Translations under genes and position numbers: made by a program
Notes under the pieces: model-generated
What the model saw: the letters and a program-made list of their open reading frames with translations, nothing else
Told to the model about the DNA's origin: nothing
The model's database searches: none
NCBI GenBank assembly: GCA_002435785.1
Contig: DIUC01000023.1
Coordinates: 63,184 to 127,183, forward strand
DNA: 64,000 nucleotides
Reading direction: 5' to 3'
DNA from: Saprospiraceae bacterium UBA6168
Lineage (GTDB): Bacteria > Bacteroidota > Bacteroidia > Chitinophagales > Saprospiraceae
Shown: piece after piece, positions 54,383-64,000 of the stretch
Numbering within the stretch: position 1 is the stretch's first letter
Layout: each line of letters opens with the position of its first letter

Positions 54383-57300
54383 TTAAGATTTCACGAACTT
54401 GATGACCTCACGCACGCCATTGTTATACTTCAGGCGCAGGAGGTAAGTGCCGCTTTGCAAATGGCCAAAGTTGACCGATTTGTTCAGCGTAGCAGCATCA
54501 ATCAAAATGGTTTCCACCAATTTGCCTTGAAGGTTCAGCACCTCCACCGTGATGTCCGTTTCTACCGTCCCTTTCGATTCGATGGTCAGCACGTCGCTGA
54601 TTGGGTTCGGATAGGCCATGAAATTCTCCTTTGAGTCAAACCGCTGAACGAGTTGCTGGTTGGAATACTTCACGTGCTCGCCACCCGACAGGATTTCTAC
54701 CCGATAAAAAGCATTTCCTTTTTTCGGGAAATAATCAGCAAAGGAGTAGGCGTTCATGCCTTGTTCTTGCGCCTGTGGTACGGTAGCCAGGTTCACGAAG
54801 TTCGTACCGTCGTTCGAGCGCTGTACCACAAACTCATGGTCGCCAGGTACTTGAGGGGTTTCCCACTCTACCATTACAGCGTTCTGCATGTTGTTCACAT
54901 TGATGACGATGGCGTTGCCGCAAAAGATGGGGCTGTTGGAGATTGCCACGCCCAATTCATCCACGGAAGTACAGCCGTTTCTGGTCACAGTCAACTTAAT
55001 ATAAACAACACCTGCCTGCAGCCAAGTAACCGTTGGGTTCTGGCTAAAGGAAGTCTGCGGTGAAGCCCAAGGGCCAAAATCCCAAAAGTATTGTGCGCCT
55101 GCGCCGTTGCTGGTAGCTGAGAAGGTGCCTTGGTCGCCTACACAGAAAAAGTCATTACCATTGATTTCAGCGACTGCCTCATCATCAATCGTGATGACGA
55201 TTTGATTGGATTCCAGCCATTCACATGGAACCCTTCTTGTGCAGCGCACAAAATAGGTAGTCTCACTAAGCGGGCCTGGGTCGTAGCTTGGGCCAGTAGC
55301 AGTCGGGATGGCGGTCCATAGATTCTGGTCGAAAGGGCCAGGAATGGTGGAGTACATCCAAAGGTACTGAAGTTGGCCAGTGCCACCAGTCGCTGGTGAA
55401 ATAGAAAGGATGGGGGCTGGGTCGTTGCCTGGGCCACAAAGCGTTTGGTTGCAGCAAATTTCGCCTGGGTCTGTCACGTTGACACAAGGAGGGTCAACCA
55501 AAGTTACGGTAGCGGTACCATTGCAACCATCAGCAGATGTCACGTTCACGGTATAAGTGCCGGCAGGCAAGCCAGAGATGTTTGCACTGTTTGCGCCAGT
55601 GTTCCACTGATAAGTGTAAGGCGCAGTACCACCACTCACCACCGTAGCAAGTGAACCTGTGGCGCCACCAACGATGGTGATGGGAGTCACGATGGTGATG
55701 CTAACGTTGAGGACACTGGAACCATTGTTCACGGAGGTCATGCCCATGACGGCACAGCCCTTTGAATCGGTTGCCGTCACGGCAAATGCACCAGTGTTAA
55801 GGTTGGAAATGGTGGCAGTTGTGCCGCCATTGCTCCAAGCGAAGGTGTAGCCGGGTGTGCCCCCGGAAGCTACCGCAGTAGCCGAACCCAGCGTGTTGCA
55901 ATTGCCATTTACGCTCGTCACCGAAACGGAAACCTGCGTCGGTTGGCCAACGAATGCGCTGGTGAAAGCGGTACAACCCGATGTTTGGGAAGTGACGGTC
56001 ACAAAATAAGTGCCCGTGGCCAGGTTGCCGATGGTCTGGTTGGTGCTGCCATTGCTCCACAAATAGGTGATGGTTCCAGTAGCACCAGAAGCTGTGGCGG
56101 TAGCGCTTCCCGTGCTGGTGTTGAAGCAGTTTGCTGCTGTACCTGTTGCCGTTACGGAAATAGCAGATGAACCAGATACTGTCACTTGGTCAACTGCGGT
56201 GCAACCATTAGCATCGGTAACGGTAACAGAATAGTTACCTGCCGTCAGGTTGTTGAGGACGGAGGTGGTAGCGCCCGTGTTCCAGAGGTAGCTAAATGGT
56301 GCAGTACCCGTGCCCGGTGTCACCATTGCGGAAGCCGAGCCATTTGCGGCGCAGCCGCTGCTGACGCCCATGATGTGGAGGTCAATGCCGGGTATGCCGC
56401 CAACGGTGGTTTGGGCAGTCGCTCCGCAACCTTGCGCATCGGTCACGATGACGCTGTAATTGCCGGGGGCAAGTCCAGAGATGGTTGCAGTGGTACTGCC
56501 GTTGTTCCAAAGATAGGTGTATGGAGCTACTCCGCCAGAGGCTACCACGGTGGCAGAGCCAGTGGGGTTGCCACAAGGTGAGGCTGGCGTCGCATTGGCA
56601 TTCAGGAAAATGCTGGATTGTGGCACCAAAACCGCAACTGCCGTATTGGTGCAGCCGAGGAAGTCCGTTACTGTCACGGAGTAGCTACCGGGCAACAAAC
56701 CACTAACCGTAGTTTGGGTAGAGCCGTTGCTCCAAAGTACGGTGTAGGGTGCTGTTCCACCTGATGGAGCCACAGTGGCAGTGCCAGTGGGGTTTCCAGC
56801 ACCACATGCTGGGTTTACCACGGTCACGTTGACGTTGATTTGGCCGGGGTTGCCCACCGTGCTGGTGCCCGTGATGGTGCAACCGTTTACATCTGTCACC
56901 GTCACGCTGTAAGTGCCTGGCCCAAGGTTCTCGTTTACCGAGCCTGTCGCACCATTGTTCCATGCGTAGGTGTAGGGTGGGGTGCCGCCCGTCACGATTG
57001 CCTCAACGCTGGCATCGCAGAAGTTGAAGCAGGCAAGGCCCTGTACCAGCATGGTGATGTTCAATGCACTGGAAATGTTGGCGCAGTTAACGGCTTGGCA
57101 GCCATTGGCATCCGTTACCGTCACGCAATGTAGCCCATTGGAAAGGCCGGAAACGCTTGCCGTGGTAGCACCAGTGTCCCAGAGGTAGTTGTATCCGCCT
57201 GTGCCGCCCGTTGCATTGGCGGTGGCGTTGCCGCCACCTGTGCAAGGGTTACCTGTGGAAATGTTCACGGCTACTGCGTTGGGCTGGGTGAGGTTAAAGG

Positions 57301-57598
57301 ATGCGTTGGCTTGTGCGCCGTTGGCATCTGTCACGGTTACTCCATAGCTGCCTGCGCCGATGCTTTGAAGGACGTTGCTGTTGGCACCGTTGCTCCAGAG
57401 GTAAGTGTAAGGTGTAACACCGCCAGTTGCGTTAGCGGTAACGGCCCCATTGGTATAGGCGTTGCAAGTAGGGCTGATGCCCGAAATGGAAACGCTGACT
57501 TGTGCTCCAATTAGCGTTGGAAGCAGGCAAGCCAATGCCACAAATAAAAAGTGGGAAAAACCCAAGAGAGAAGTTCTCAGGTGTTGAATTGGATTCAT
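54383..57598 (-). CDS. Giant T9SS-secreted adhesin with ~10 SprB-type repeats
   Basis: Start at 57598 (MNPIQHLRTSLLGFSHFLFVALACLL). Repeats of C..NG.A.A.A.GGT.PYTY.WSNG....I.GL..G.Y.VTVTDANGC. CTD AYPNPISDVLTIES...GTYLLRLKYNNG. Confidence 0.85.
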   Translation of the reverse strand: MNPIQHLRTSLLGFSHFLFVALACLLPTLIGAQVSVSISGISPTCNAYTNGAVTANATGGVTPYTYLWSNGANSNVLQSIGAGSYGVTVTDANGAQANASFNLTQPNAVAVNISTGNPCTGGGNATANATGGTGGYNYLWDTGATTASVSGLSNGLHCVTVTDANGCQAVNCANISSALNITMLVQGLACFNFCDASVEAIVTGGTPPYTYAWNNGATGSVNENLGPGTYSVTVTDVNGCTITGTSTVGNPGQINVNVTVVNPACGAGNPTGTATVAPSGGTAPYTVLWSNGSTQTTVSGLLPGSYSVTVTDFLGCTNTAVAVLVPQSSIFLNANATPASPCGNPTGSATVVASGGVAPYTYLWNNGSTTATISGLAPGNYSVIVTDAQGCGATAQTTVGGIPGIDLHIMGVSSGCAANGSASAMVTPGTGTAPFSYLWNTGATTSVLNNLTAGNYSVTVTDANGCTAVDQVTVSGSSAISVTATGTAANCFNTSTGSATATASGATGTITYLWSNGSTNQTIGNLATGTYFVTVTSQTSGCTAFTSAFVGQPTQVSVSVTSVNGNCNTLGSATAVASGGTPGYTFAWSNGGTTATISNLNTGAFAVTATDSKGCAVMGMTSVNNGSSVLNVSITIVTPITIVGGATGSLATVVSGGTAPYTYQWNTGANSANISGLPAGTYTVNVTSADGCNGTATVTLVDPPCVNVTDPGEICCNQTLCGPGNDPAPILSISPATGGTGQLQYLWMYSTIPGPFDQNLWTAIPTATGPSYDPGPLSETTYFVRCTRRVPCEWLESNQIVITIDDEAVAEINGNDFFCVGDQGTFSATSNGAGAQYFWDFGPWASPQTSFSQNPTVTWLQAGVVYIKLTVTRNGCTSVDELGVAISNSPIFCGNAIVINVNNMQNAVMVEWETPQVPGDHEFVVQRSNDGTNFVNLATVPQAQEQGMNAYSFADYFPKKGNAFYRVEILSGGEHVKYSNQQLVQRFDSKENFMAYPNPISDVLTIESKGTVETDITVEVLNLQGKLVETILIDAATLNKSVNFGHLQSGTYLLRLKYNNGVREVIKFVKS

Positions 57599-58036
57599 AG
57601 TTTGCAAATTTTGGTAATAATTATAAAAAGTTAGCCGAGTGTCAAGCCCGGAGATAAAAGCAATTGTCAGTAAATGTTTCGAGTGGAATGAGCCAGCTAA
57701 ATCAAAAAACGCCAAAAAACGAATTGTCAAAACCTTAAAACCAAATTTTTACGAATGTTCAATCTGTCAAGTAAAATTTAGTGTTTCTACAATTGGCTCG
57801 GAATGCGATTCTGGTAGATGAATGGTGGACAAGAATGCAATAAAATCATTCTTGTACGCTATATTGATTGTGTTAAATCGGTATTGGTGAGTATAGTCAA
57901 GTGCGAAGGTACACTTGTTGTTTAATTTCTCCAAACTGATTTTGAAACTTGGTAGGTAATTGTAGTATTGGTGTTTTTTTAAATTGAATTCCATTGCAGG
58001 TCCGCACCTTGCAACACGACTTTTTTCCAAAGAAAA

Positions 58037-58094
58037 AAGGCATGAAACAGCAGTCAGAAGTTTTTCGCTCCTTTTTTTCTGCGTTTCATGCCTT
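58037..58094 (-). terminator. Terminator of the giant adhesin gene
   Basis: 12-bp arms aaggcatgaaac / gtttcatgcctt. On the minus strand the hairpin is followed by ttttttctttgg. Lies 26 nt after the stop at 58120. Confidence 0.6.
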
Positions 58095-58119
58095 CTTTTC
58101 CCAAAAAATCAAACTTGTT

Positions 58120-61100
58120 TTAATCCGTGAGCAACATCATTTTGGTCGCCGTGTCCGAACCCGCAGCCAAGCGGTAGTACAGAATACCAGCGCTTATTCC
58201 CAACTCCTCACGGGATATTCGGACTTCGTTGTAGCCCTTTTGGTATTGGCCGTTCATCACCTTCAGCACCCTTCCGGTGGCGTCGGTGATAGTCAACTGC
58301 GCATTTGCCGCTTCCGGCAACCGGAACCCGATGATGGTTTCCTTGTTGAACGGGTTGGGCTTGTTCTGGAACAGTTCAAAACCTGCAACCGCCTCGTTTT
58401 CAGTAAATTGCAACCGAAGGTCAAGTAGCTCGCCACCCTGGCTGTATGCCTCGGAGCGGGCAAAACGGTCGCTCAACCAGAGCGCATCTGCCAGGGTCAC
58501 TGGCTTCTTTGCCCGGAAAACCATCGTGAAATCCGGCAATTCCACTTGGCGCTCCCCATGTTGGTTCCAACTGGCGATGATGGCTCCTTCGTCCATTTTG
58601 GTGAAACCAAAGTTCGCTGCTGTCGCCTCGCCTTCCCCGATTTCCACGAACTCCAACATGCTTTGGTCAAAGTCGAGGGTGAACTGGTAGCCGTCCACCT
58701 CATGGACTATCGCACGGAAGGTTAAGGAGTAGGTTTGCCCAGCCAAGAGCCTTTGATTTTGTGTTTCAAATGCCATCGTGCCACTGCTCCGCTCCTCGTT
58801 CCCTTCGTCATTGAAGCTGTAAGAGGTGTTCACGTCACCAATCTTCACCGCCACAAAGTCCGCATGGAGGGTGGAGGCTGGTATGTCGTTGATGTTGATG
58901 ATTTCCGGGAAAACCTCGAACCAAGGATTCGTCGGCACTGGGAACACATACCCTTTGTCCACAAACCGCCACGCCGTGTTGCTTGGGAAATCGCTGTTGA
59001 TATGGAGTATCAATTTTCGGATTTCTACCAAGTCAAAGGTGGTGATGGTTTTGGAGTTGTTCACGTCCGCAGCAATCAGCTTGTAGGGCGAGTTCAGTAG
59101 TTCGATGTTCAAAATATGCTTGCTCATCAGCACCAAATCGTAGGTCGTAACGCCTGCCAGGGGGTTGTTGTCCTTGCTCGGCACCACCGTGATGTCTTGT
59201 CCAACTGGTATGTTGGAGAAGAAGAACGCACCCGTTGCAGAAGTCGAGGAAGGAGCATTTTGACCACTTATGCTCACCGTCACACCACCGACCGGGGCAT
59301 TGTTTTCGTTCAAAATCTGGCCGCCGAGGTTCACCACTACTAATGTGTCCTCTGGGCATTGGCCCATATTGGCTTGAACGTCTATGGTAGTGGTGCAAAA
59401 AGCTTGCGTACCCGAATCATCCGTGAACCAAATCTCCACCGTATCCAACCCCACGTCCTGGCATTCGTACAACTTCGTAGTGTCGTTCACATCCGGTGAG
59501 AAGGAGATGGCGATGATGGCAGCGCAGTTGTCCGTCGTGCCTGCATCCAATTGGCTCGCATTTACCGTGACCATTGGCGGGAGCGTGTTCATTATCCCAA
59601 CAATCAGCCCAGTCACGCAAGCCACATTCGGTGCTTTGCAGTCCTCGACCTCAAAGGACGCAGAGCAAATGGTTGCATTGTTGCAGCCATCGTTTGCTGT
59701 GAAGGTCGTGGTAAATATGCCCGGCCCTGATGTGAACGGCCCAAAACCCGCCCCAAGTCCCGGCGTGAATGCCGTAATCGTCAACTGCCCGCTGCAATCC
59801 AATACTGTCGGCATTGGAATGGTAAAGGTCGCTGCGCAACCAGTGCTATCCTGTATGCAAACATCTGGTATGTCGCAGCTCACGAACACTGGGTTAACCG
59901 TGTCAATGACTTTGATGGTCTGTTGGTAAATGATGACACCATCCCATGGGTCGGAATCAGGGTCGGTGTCCGGGCCGAATTGGTCATTGGCATTGGTTGC
60001 ATTTGGCTTTTGCGTGGCCGTCCAACTGTCCCGGAAAGTCCTGCTGTCGCAATCGCCGTCACCATCGAGGTCGCACTGTGGGAAAGGCAGGCCGAGCTGG
60101 CTCTCCGGCACTTCGACCACTTCTTGGTCCTTAATGGCACCTTGAACGCACCAGTTGATGACCTCCCAAGTCCGCACGATTTTGTAGCAGGCATCTGGCA
60201 CTACCGTGAACGGGCTGTCCTCGAAGGATACCGCTATCATCTCACAACTGCTAAAGAATACAGTCGGCTCCCCAAAATCCGGCACCGATTGCCCACAGTT
60301 CACGGTGATGTCCGCTGGGAACGACACCACAAAATCCGAAACATGGTCCACGAAGATGGTTTGGGTGCAAAGGCCGGATTCTTGCCCTTGCGCATCTGCG
60401 GCCTTCCATGTCCTCGTCAAAGTACCTTCTTTGCACTGCGTAATATTGCTCGCAAAAGTGCGGGTCACGGTGATGCTGGTGCAGTTGTCGGTAAACACGG
60501 GTTGGCCAAAATTGGCGTCCAGCAACTGGCTTTTGGCAGGTTGGTTGTTGCCGAGGGAAGCGAGCTGCGCCTCAAAATTGTTTACAAAAAAGTCACAGGT
60601 AATCCGCTGGTTTGGCGGGCAAGTGGCCAGCACTGGCGGCTGCTTGTCGTTCACGTTCACCTCCACCATGCAGTCGTTGAAGTTGCCAAAACAATCGAAT
60701 ACCCGGAATACCACCATGATGGGGCTATTGGCCACGTCCTCGCAGCAGAACACCACCGACGGGCCAAAAACCGTGTCGTCGTGGCCGTCGTTGCACAAAT
60801 CTGTCATGCGCCGAACCTCGAAATGGTGGATGCAGCAGTTGTCCGTGCTGCCTGTATTGAAGACGCTTGCCAAGACGGTGGCCGTTGGGTTTGCACCAGA
60901 CGGCAAGTCAACTTCCGTGAAGCCGACACAAACCGCAGTCGGCGTTGTGTTGTCCACCACCGTTACCGGCACGGTGATGCTCGTCGAATTGCCGCAGGCA
61001 TCCGTGGCGATATAGGTCACTGGGTGGGTCCCAATGGACAGTCCCGGAGCAGGTATGGTACCGCCGTTGGTGCCGTCCATCCCGTTCAGGTAGATGGCCT

Positions 61101-64000
61101 CGCCCACGGAGGTCAGTATTTGGACGGTCACGGCGTTGCAGTTGTCGCTGATGGTCGGCGGCAAGAGCAGGCCGGTGGAGCGGCAGGGCGCAGGGTGTGC
61201 CGCTGGCACATTTACGCTCACGCTAAATGGCGTCCGTGTGATGGTCGGGCCTACCTTGTCCGCAATCTTGATGACCTGTACATTGTCTTCTCCTCCCACA
61301 CCGGTGGTAATAATGGTGCCATTGCACCAATCAATCACCGTCCAAGTGCGCAAGATTTTGAAGCTGGTGCCGCATACCGCCAACACTTGGTCAGAATGCA
61401 GCACGTTGTAGCCACAAATGGTGCTGACGCTCACGTTCACCACACCGGAGCCAGTATTGGAAAGGGTGGTGGCTGGGAGCGTTGGACTTACGTCAATGCC
61501 CTCTTCCAGCGGGTCCACGTCCACAATGGTTGGGTGCAATGCCGTTGGGTTGATGATATTCGGATGCGCATTGTATTGCGTACAACTCCAAGTGATGTCG
61601 TCCGGGAAGTCAACCGGAGGGCGCACCACGTCGATGTTTTGCACACAATTCGTTATGCTCATATTCCCTTGATTGTCAGTGGCTTTGTACGTCCTGCGAA
61701 CCCTGTAAATGCCATCGTCGCAGATGTTGTTGTCAATGGTCTGCTGCCCAACGAGGGTGATGACCGGGTTTGGGTCACAGTTGTCAATGGCAACTGGTGG
61801 CGGCACGTTCGCCAAGTTCGAGGTGCAAGCAATCTCCAACGGAGTGCTTGGACAATTGAACACGGGCGCCATTTTGTCCTCAATGAAAATCTGGCCCCAG
61901 CAAGCATTTTTATAAACCTTGTCCATGACTTTGACGGTCAAGTATTGGCCAATATAGCTGCCACTGATTTCGTGTACGTTGGGAGTGGCGGGGTTCAGGT
62001 CTGGCACTGGTGCGCCCCAGGCATCCGTCACCATGAAGACTTGGTAGTAAGTACCGAGCGGCAAGGTGTTTGGGTTGGAGCAAAGCGGGAACTCTCCCTC
62101 CAAAATCATGTTCGGCGTAAGGCCGATTTCGCAGTTTTGGTTGAGCGAAACCTGCACCAAGTCATTGCAAGAAATACTGGTGTTCAGCAAGCTCCAGCAG
62201 TTGGTGAGCAGGGTGGGGTCGTCAGAGCCGCCGCTGTCGCCAATCCAGCCAGCGTTGCTCGTCAAGGGGTTAGGGCCTGCGTCGGAAAGGTCGCTGACCA
62301 CAAACGGAGCAAAGCAATTGGCCACAGTTCCGAATACCTCCGCTTGATTCTTTAAGACAACGGGCGCACCCGGTGCATCTGGATTCACTTCAAAGCGGAA
62401 CCGCAACACGATGCGCTGGCCCGGCATCAAAAGCCCTCCACCAGCCAAGAGGTCGCCACTTCCATTGTAGGCTGCATTCACCAAAGGATTGGTGCTTGCG
62501 TTGGTAACTGCGCCAAGTGCCCCCACGGGTACGATTTGAGGTGTTTGCGTGATGGCCACAAATGCACTTCCAAGATTGGTAGGAGAGCTTAGGTTGTCAA
62601 TAATGCTCAAACCGTTGAGGTTCGTGCTTCCCATGTTTTCGACAATGAGTTCCGTGATTACATCAAAATTTCCCGGTATGCCACTGGTCGCAAAGCTGAT
62701 GCCAGCGAAGTATTTGGCAATCCGAATGCCCGGAGGCACCGCCAACACCGTAAATGTTCGGGTACAACTGGTGGAAGCGACGAGTGGACAAGTGCTATCG
62801 TAAGTGAAGGTCACGGTAGTGCTGCCTCCGCATACGCTGGGCGCACCCGTGCTGTTGTTGGTCAATATGCCGCAACCGCCGCTCGCATTGGCGGAAGCCA
62901 ACCATGCATTGTAAGCTGCGTCAATTTGCGCTTGGGTTGAGGATGGTGGCATAATAAAATCATCCGGGCAGTTCAAAACTACTGGTGGTGCCGCCGTCAC
63001 GGTAAACGTGGCTTGGCACGAAGTAGAAAGCGCTGGGCAACTGCTCGCATAGTTAAAAGTCACCGTCGTGGAGCCGCCACAAGCGGATGGTGCCCCTGTA
63101 TTGGTGTTGGTCAAAAGACCGTCACAGCCGCCTACTGTTGTTGCCGTGGCCAACCAATTTGCGAAAGCAGCATCAACCTCCGCTTGCGTTTGGCAAGCGT
63201 TAACCGTTGTGTTTGCTGGGCAAGTGAGTGTCACGTTGGGAGCTGCCGTAACCGTAAATATGGCTTGGCAAGTGGTCGTGAATGGCGCACATTGGCTGGT
63301 ATAAGTGAAAGTCACGGTCGTCGAGCCGCCGCAGGCATCGGGAGCGCCCATGTTGTTGTTGGTCAAGACGCCGTTGCAGCCACCAGAAGCAGTTACGCCC
63401 GCCAGCCAATTTGCGAAAGCAGCATCCACGGCTGCCTGCGTTTGGCAAGCAGCCACGGTCTCATTTGCTGCGCAATTTAGTGTCACGCCAGGAGCGGCTT
63501 CCACCGTAAACGTTGCTTGGCAGGTCGTGGTCAATGGCGCACAACTGCTCGTGTAGGTGAATGTCACCGTCCTTGTGCCGCCACATGCTGGTGGCGCACC
63601 CATGCTGTTGTTGGTCAAAACCCCATTGCACCCACCTGCTGCCGACGCCGTAGCCAACCAAGCGGCATACGCAGCATCCACGGCTGCTTGGGTTTGGCAT
63701 GCCGCTGCTATCATGTTGACGGGACAGGAGATGGATGGTGCTGGCGGTGCAGTGACGGTGAAGGTCGCTTGGCAGGCGGTGGTGAGCGGGGTGCAACTGT
63801 TTGAATAAATGAACGTCACCGTTTTTGAGCCACCACATGCAGGCGGCGCACTGCCTCCATTGTGGCTCAATGTTCCATTGCAGCCGCCGTCGGCAGATAC
63901 AGTTGCCAACCATGCCGAATAGGCATTGTCCACATCCGCTTGCGTTTGACAGGATGGGAAAGCGGTATTCACTGGACAAGTCAGGGTAACAGTTGGAGGC
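58120..64000 (-). CDS. Giant T9SS-secreted adhesin (>1950 aa; 5' end outside window): Cys-rich 84-aa tandem repeats, HYR-like DNC modules, dockerin-like segment, CTD
   Basis: The frame stays open to the right edge: GTG 63972 is internal, and the upstream codons read PPTVTLTCP, another repeat end. Modules ending (I/T/S)DNC... . DVNNSKTITTFDLVEIRKLIL dockerin-like. CTD NKPNPFNKETIIGF...GILYYRL. Confidence 0.85.
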   Translation of the reverse strand, partial: PPTVTLTCPVNTAFPSCQTQADVDNAYSAWLATVSADGGCNGTLSHNGGSAPPACGGSKTVTFIYSNSCTPLTTACQATFTVTAPPAPSISCPVNMIAAACQTQAAVDAAYAAWLATASAAGGCNGVLTNNSMGAPPACGGTRTVTFTYTSSCAPLTTTCQATFTVEAAPGVTLNCAANETVAACQTQAAVDAAFANWLAGVTASGGCNGVLTNNNMGAPDACGGSTTVTFTYTSQCAPFTTTCQAIFTVTAAPNVTLTCPANTTVNACQTQAEVDAAFANWLATATTVGGCDGLLTNTNTGAPSACGGSTTVTFNYASSCPALSTSCQATFTVTAAPPVVLNCPDDFIMPPSSTQAQIDAAYNAWLASANASGGCGILTNNSTGAPSVCGGSTTVTFTYDSTCPLVASTSCTRTFTVLAVPPGIRIAKYFAGISFATSGIPGNFDVITELIVENMGSTNLNGLSIIDNLSSPTNLGSAFVAITQTPQIVPVGALGAVTNASTNPLVNAAYNGSGDLLAGGGLLMPGQRIVLRFRFEVNPDAPGAPVVLKNQAEVFGTVANCFAPFVVSDLSDAGPNPLTSNAGWIGDSGGSDDPTLLTNCWSLLNTSISCNDLVQVSLNQNCEIGLTPNMILEGEFPLCSNPNTLPLGTYYQVFMVTDAWGAPVPDLNPATPNVHEISGSYIGQYLTVKVMDKVYKNACWGQIFIEDKMAPVFNCPSTPLEIACTSNLANVPPPVAIDNCDPNPVITLVGQQTIDNNICDDGIYRVRRTYKATDNQGNMSITNCVQNIDVVRPPVDFPDDITWSCTQYNAHPNIINPTALHPTIVDVDPLEEGIDVSPTLPATTLSNTGSGVVNVSVSTICGYNVLHSDQVLAVCGTSFKILRTWTVIDWCNGTIITTGVGGEDNVQVIKIADKVGPTITRTPFSVSVNVPAAHPAPCRSTGLLLPPTISDNCNAVTVQILTSVGEAIYLNGMDGTNGGTIPAPGLSIGTHPVTYIATDACGNSTSITVPVTVVDNTTPTAVCVGFTEVDLPSGANPTATVLASVFNTGSTDNCCIHHFEVRRMTDLCNDGHDDTVFGPSVVFCCEDVANSPIMVVFRVFDCFGNFNDCMVEVNVNDKQPPVLATCPPNQRITCDFFVNNFEAQLASLGNNQPAKSQLLDANFGQPVFTDNCTSITVTRTFASNITQCKEGTLTRTWKAADAQGQESGLCTQTIFVDHVSDFVVSFPADITVNCGQSVPDFGEPTVFFSSCEMIAVSFEDSPFTVVPDACYKIVRTWEVINWCVQGAIKDQEVVEVPESQLGLPFPQCDLDGDGDCDSRTFRDSWTATQKPNATNANDQFGPDTDPDSDPWDGVIIYQQTIKVIDTVNPVFVSCDIPDVCIQDSTGCAATFTIPMPTVLDCSGQLTITAFTPGLGAGFGPFTSGPGIFTTTFTANDGCNNATICSASFEVEDCKAPNVACVTGLIVGIMNTLPPMVTVNASQLDAGTTDNCAAIIAISFSPDVNDTTKLYECQDVGLDTVEIWFTDDSGTQAFCTTTIDVQANMGQCPEDTLVVVNLGGQILNENNAPVGGVTVSISGQNAPSSTSATGAFFFSNIPVGQDITVVPSKDNNPLAGVTTYDLVLMSKHILNIELLNSPYKLIAADVNNSKTITTFDLVEIRKLILHINSDFPSNTAWRFVDKGYVFPVPTNPWFEVFPEIININDIPASTLHADFVAVKIGDVNTSYSFNDEGNEERSSGTMAFETQNQRLLAGQTYSLTFRAIVHEVDGYQFTLDFDQSMLEFVEIGEGEATAANFGFTKMDEGAIIASWNQHGERQVELPDFTMVFRAKKPVTLADALWLSDRFARSEAYSQGGELLDLRLQFTENEAVAGFELFQNKPNPFNKETIIGFRLPEAANAQLTITDATGRVLKVMNGQYQKGYNEVRISREELGISAGILYYRLAAGSDTATKMMLLTD
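62700..64000 (-). repeat. At least five 252-bp (84-aa) coding tandem repeats at the 5' end of the giant adhesin gene
   Basis: CQTQA.VDAA(Y/F)A.WLA....GGC.G.L.N....AP.ACGG..TVTF.Y.S.C....T.CQA.FTV.AAP, with a period of exactly 84 aa between the first three CQTQ starts. Confidence 0.85.

Noticed and set aside
57767-58030. 87-aa minus-strand ORF in the AT-rich spacer between the two adhesin genes
   Set aside because: It overlaps the likely promoter region of 54383-57598 and abuts the terminator of the upstream gene. It has no motif and its composition is driven by AT-rich DNA.
59923-62355. 810-aa ORF on the + strand (and 60206-61015, 269 aa)
   Set aside because: It lies entirely antisense inside the giant adhesin gene. 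It is Arg/Val/His/Gly-rich with no motifs, which is typical of a shadow frame of a long codon-biased gene.

Overview
The window reads as a Bacteroidota chromosomal segment: T9SS C-terminal sorting domains, SprB/HYR giant adhesins, TAnnTTTG-type -7 boxes and a Sec-type (clade II) nosZ cluster. I recognised no rRNA, tRNA, CRISPR array, transposase or integrase gene. Left to right: (1) a partial OstA-like gene, then small DUF2256, TspO-like, TIGR03643 and DUF429 genes. (2) A 3.2-20.9 kb accessory island of extracytoplasmic TPR proteins, my best candidate for an undescribed system. It holds a membrane adenylate cyclase, a FecR-like protein, three signal-peptide caspase(C14)-TPR paralogues, two HExxH-TPR metallopeptidase paralogues and an ECF sigma/anti-sigma pair. 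(3) An orphan gene and a tandem-repeat/G-rich spacer. (4) An AT-rich patch with a T9SS surface protein, a beta-barrel, a secreted protein and a tandemly duplicated ~150-aa gene. (5) uvrA, which carries in-frame repeat insertions. (6) An AT-rich lipoprotein gene followed by an 8 x 22-bp iteron-like array. (7) GH20 hexosaminidase, a Gmad2-like lipoprotein, sucA, DUF3667 and VOC genes. (8) A complete nos cluster (cyt c, nosZ, membrane protein, nosL, nosD, nosF, nosY) with a divergent Rrf2 regulator whose 3' end is duplicated around a ~600-bp repeat-laden insert. (9) An HMA protein, a DASS transporter and a PAP2/haloperoxidase-like protein. (10) Two giant T9SS adhesins; the second runs off the right edge. 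Intergenic space holds several families of long palindromic elements built from 7-nt periodic units, and one family also occurs in-frame inside uvrA. All family calls come from motif recognition by eye; no searches were run.
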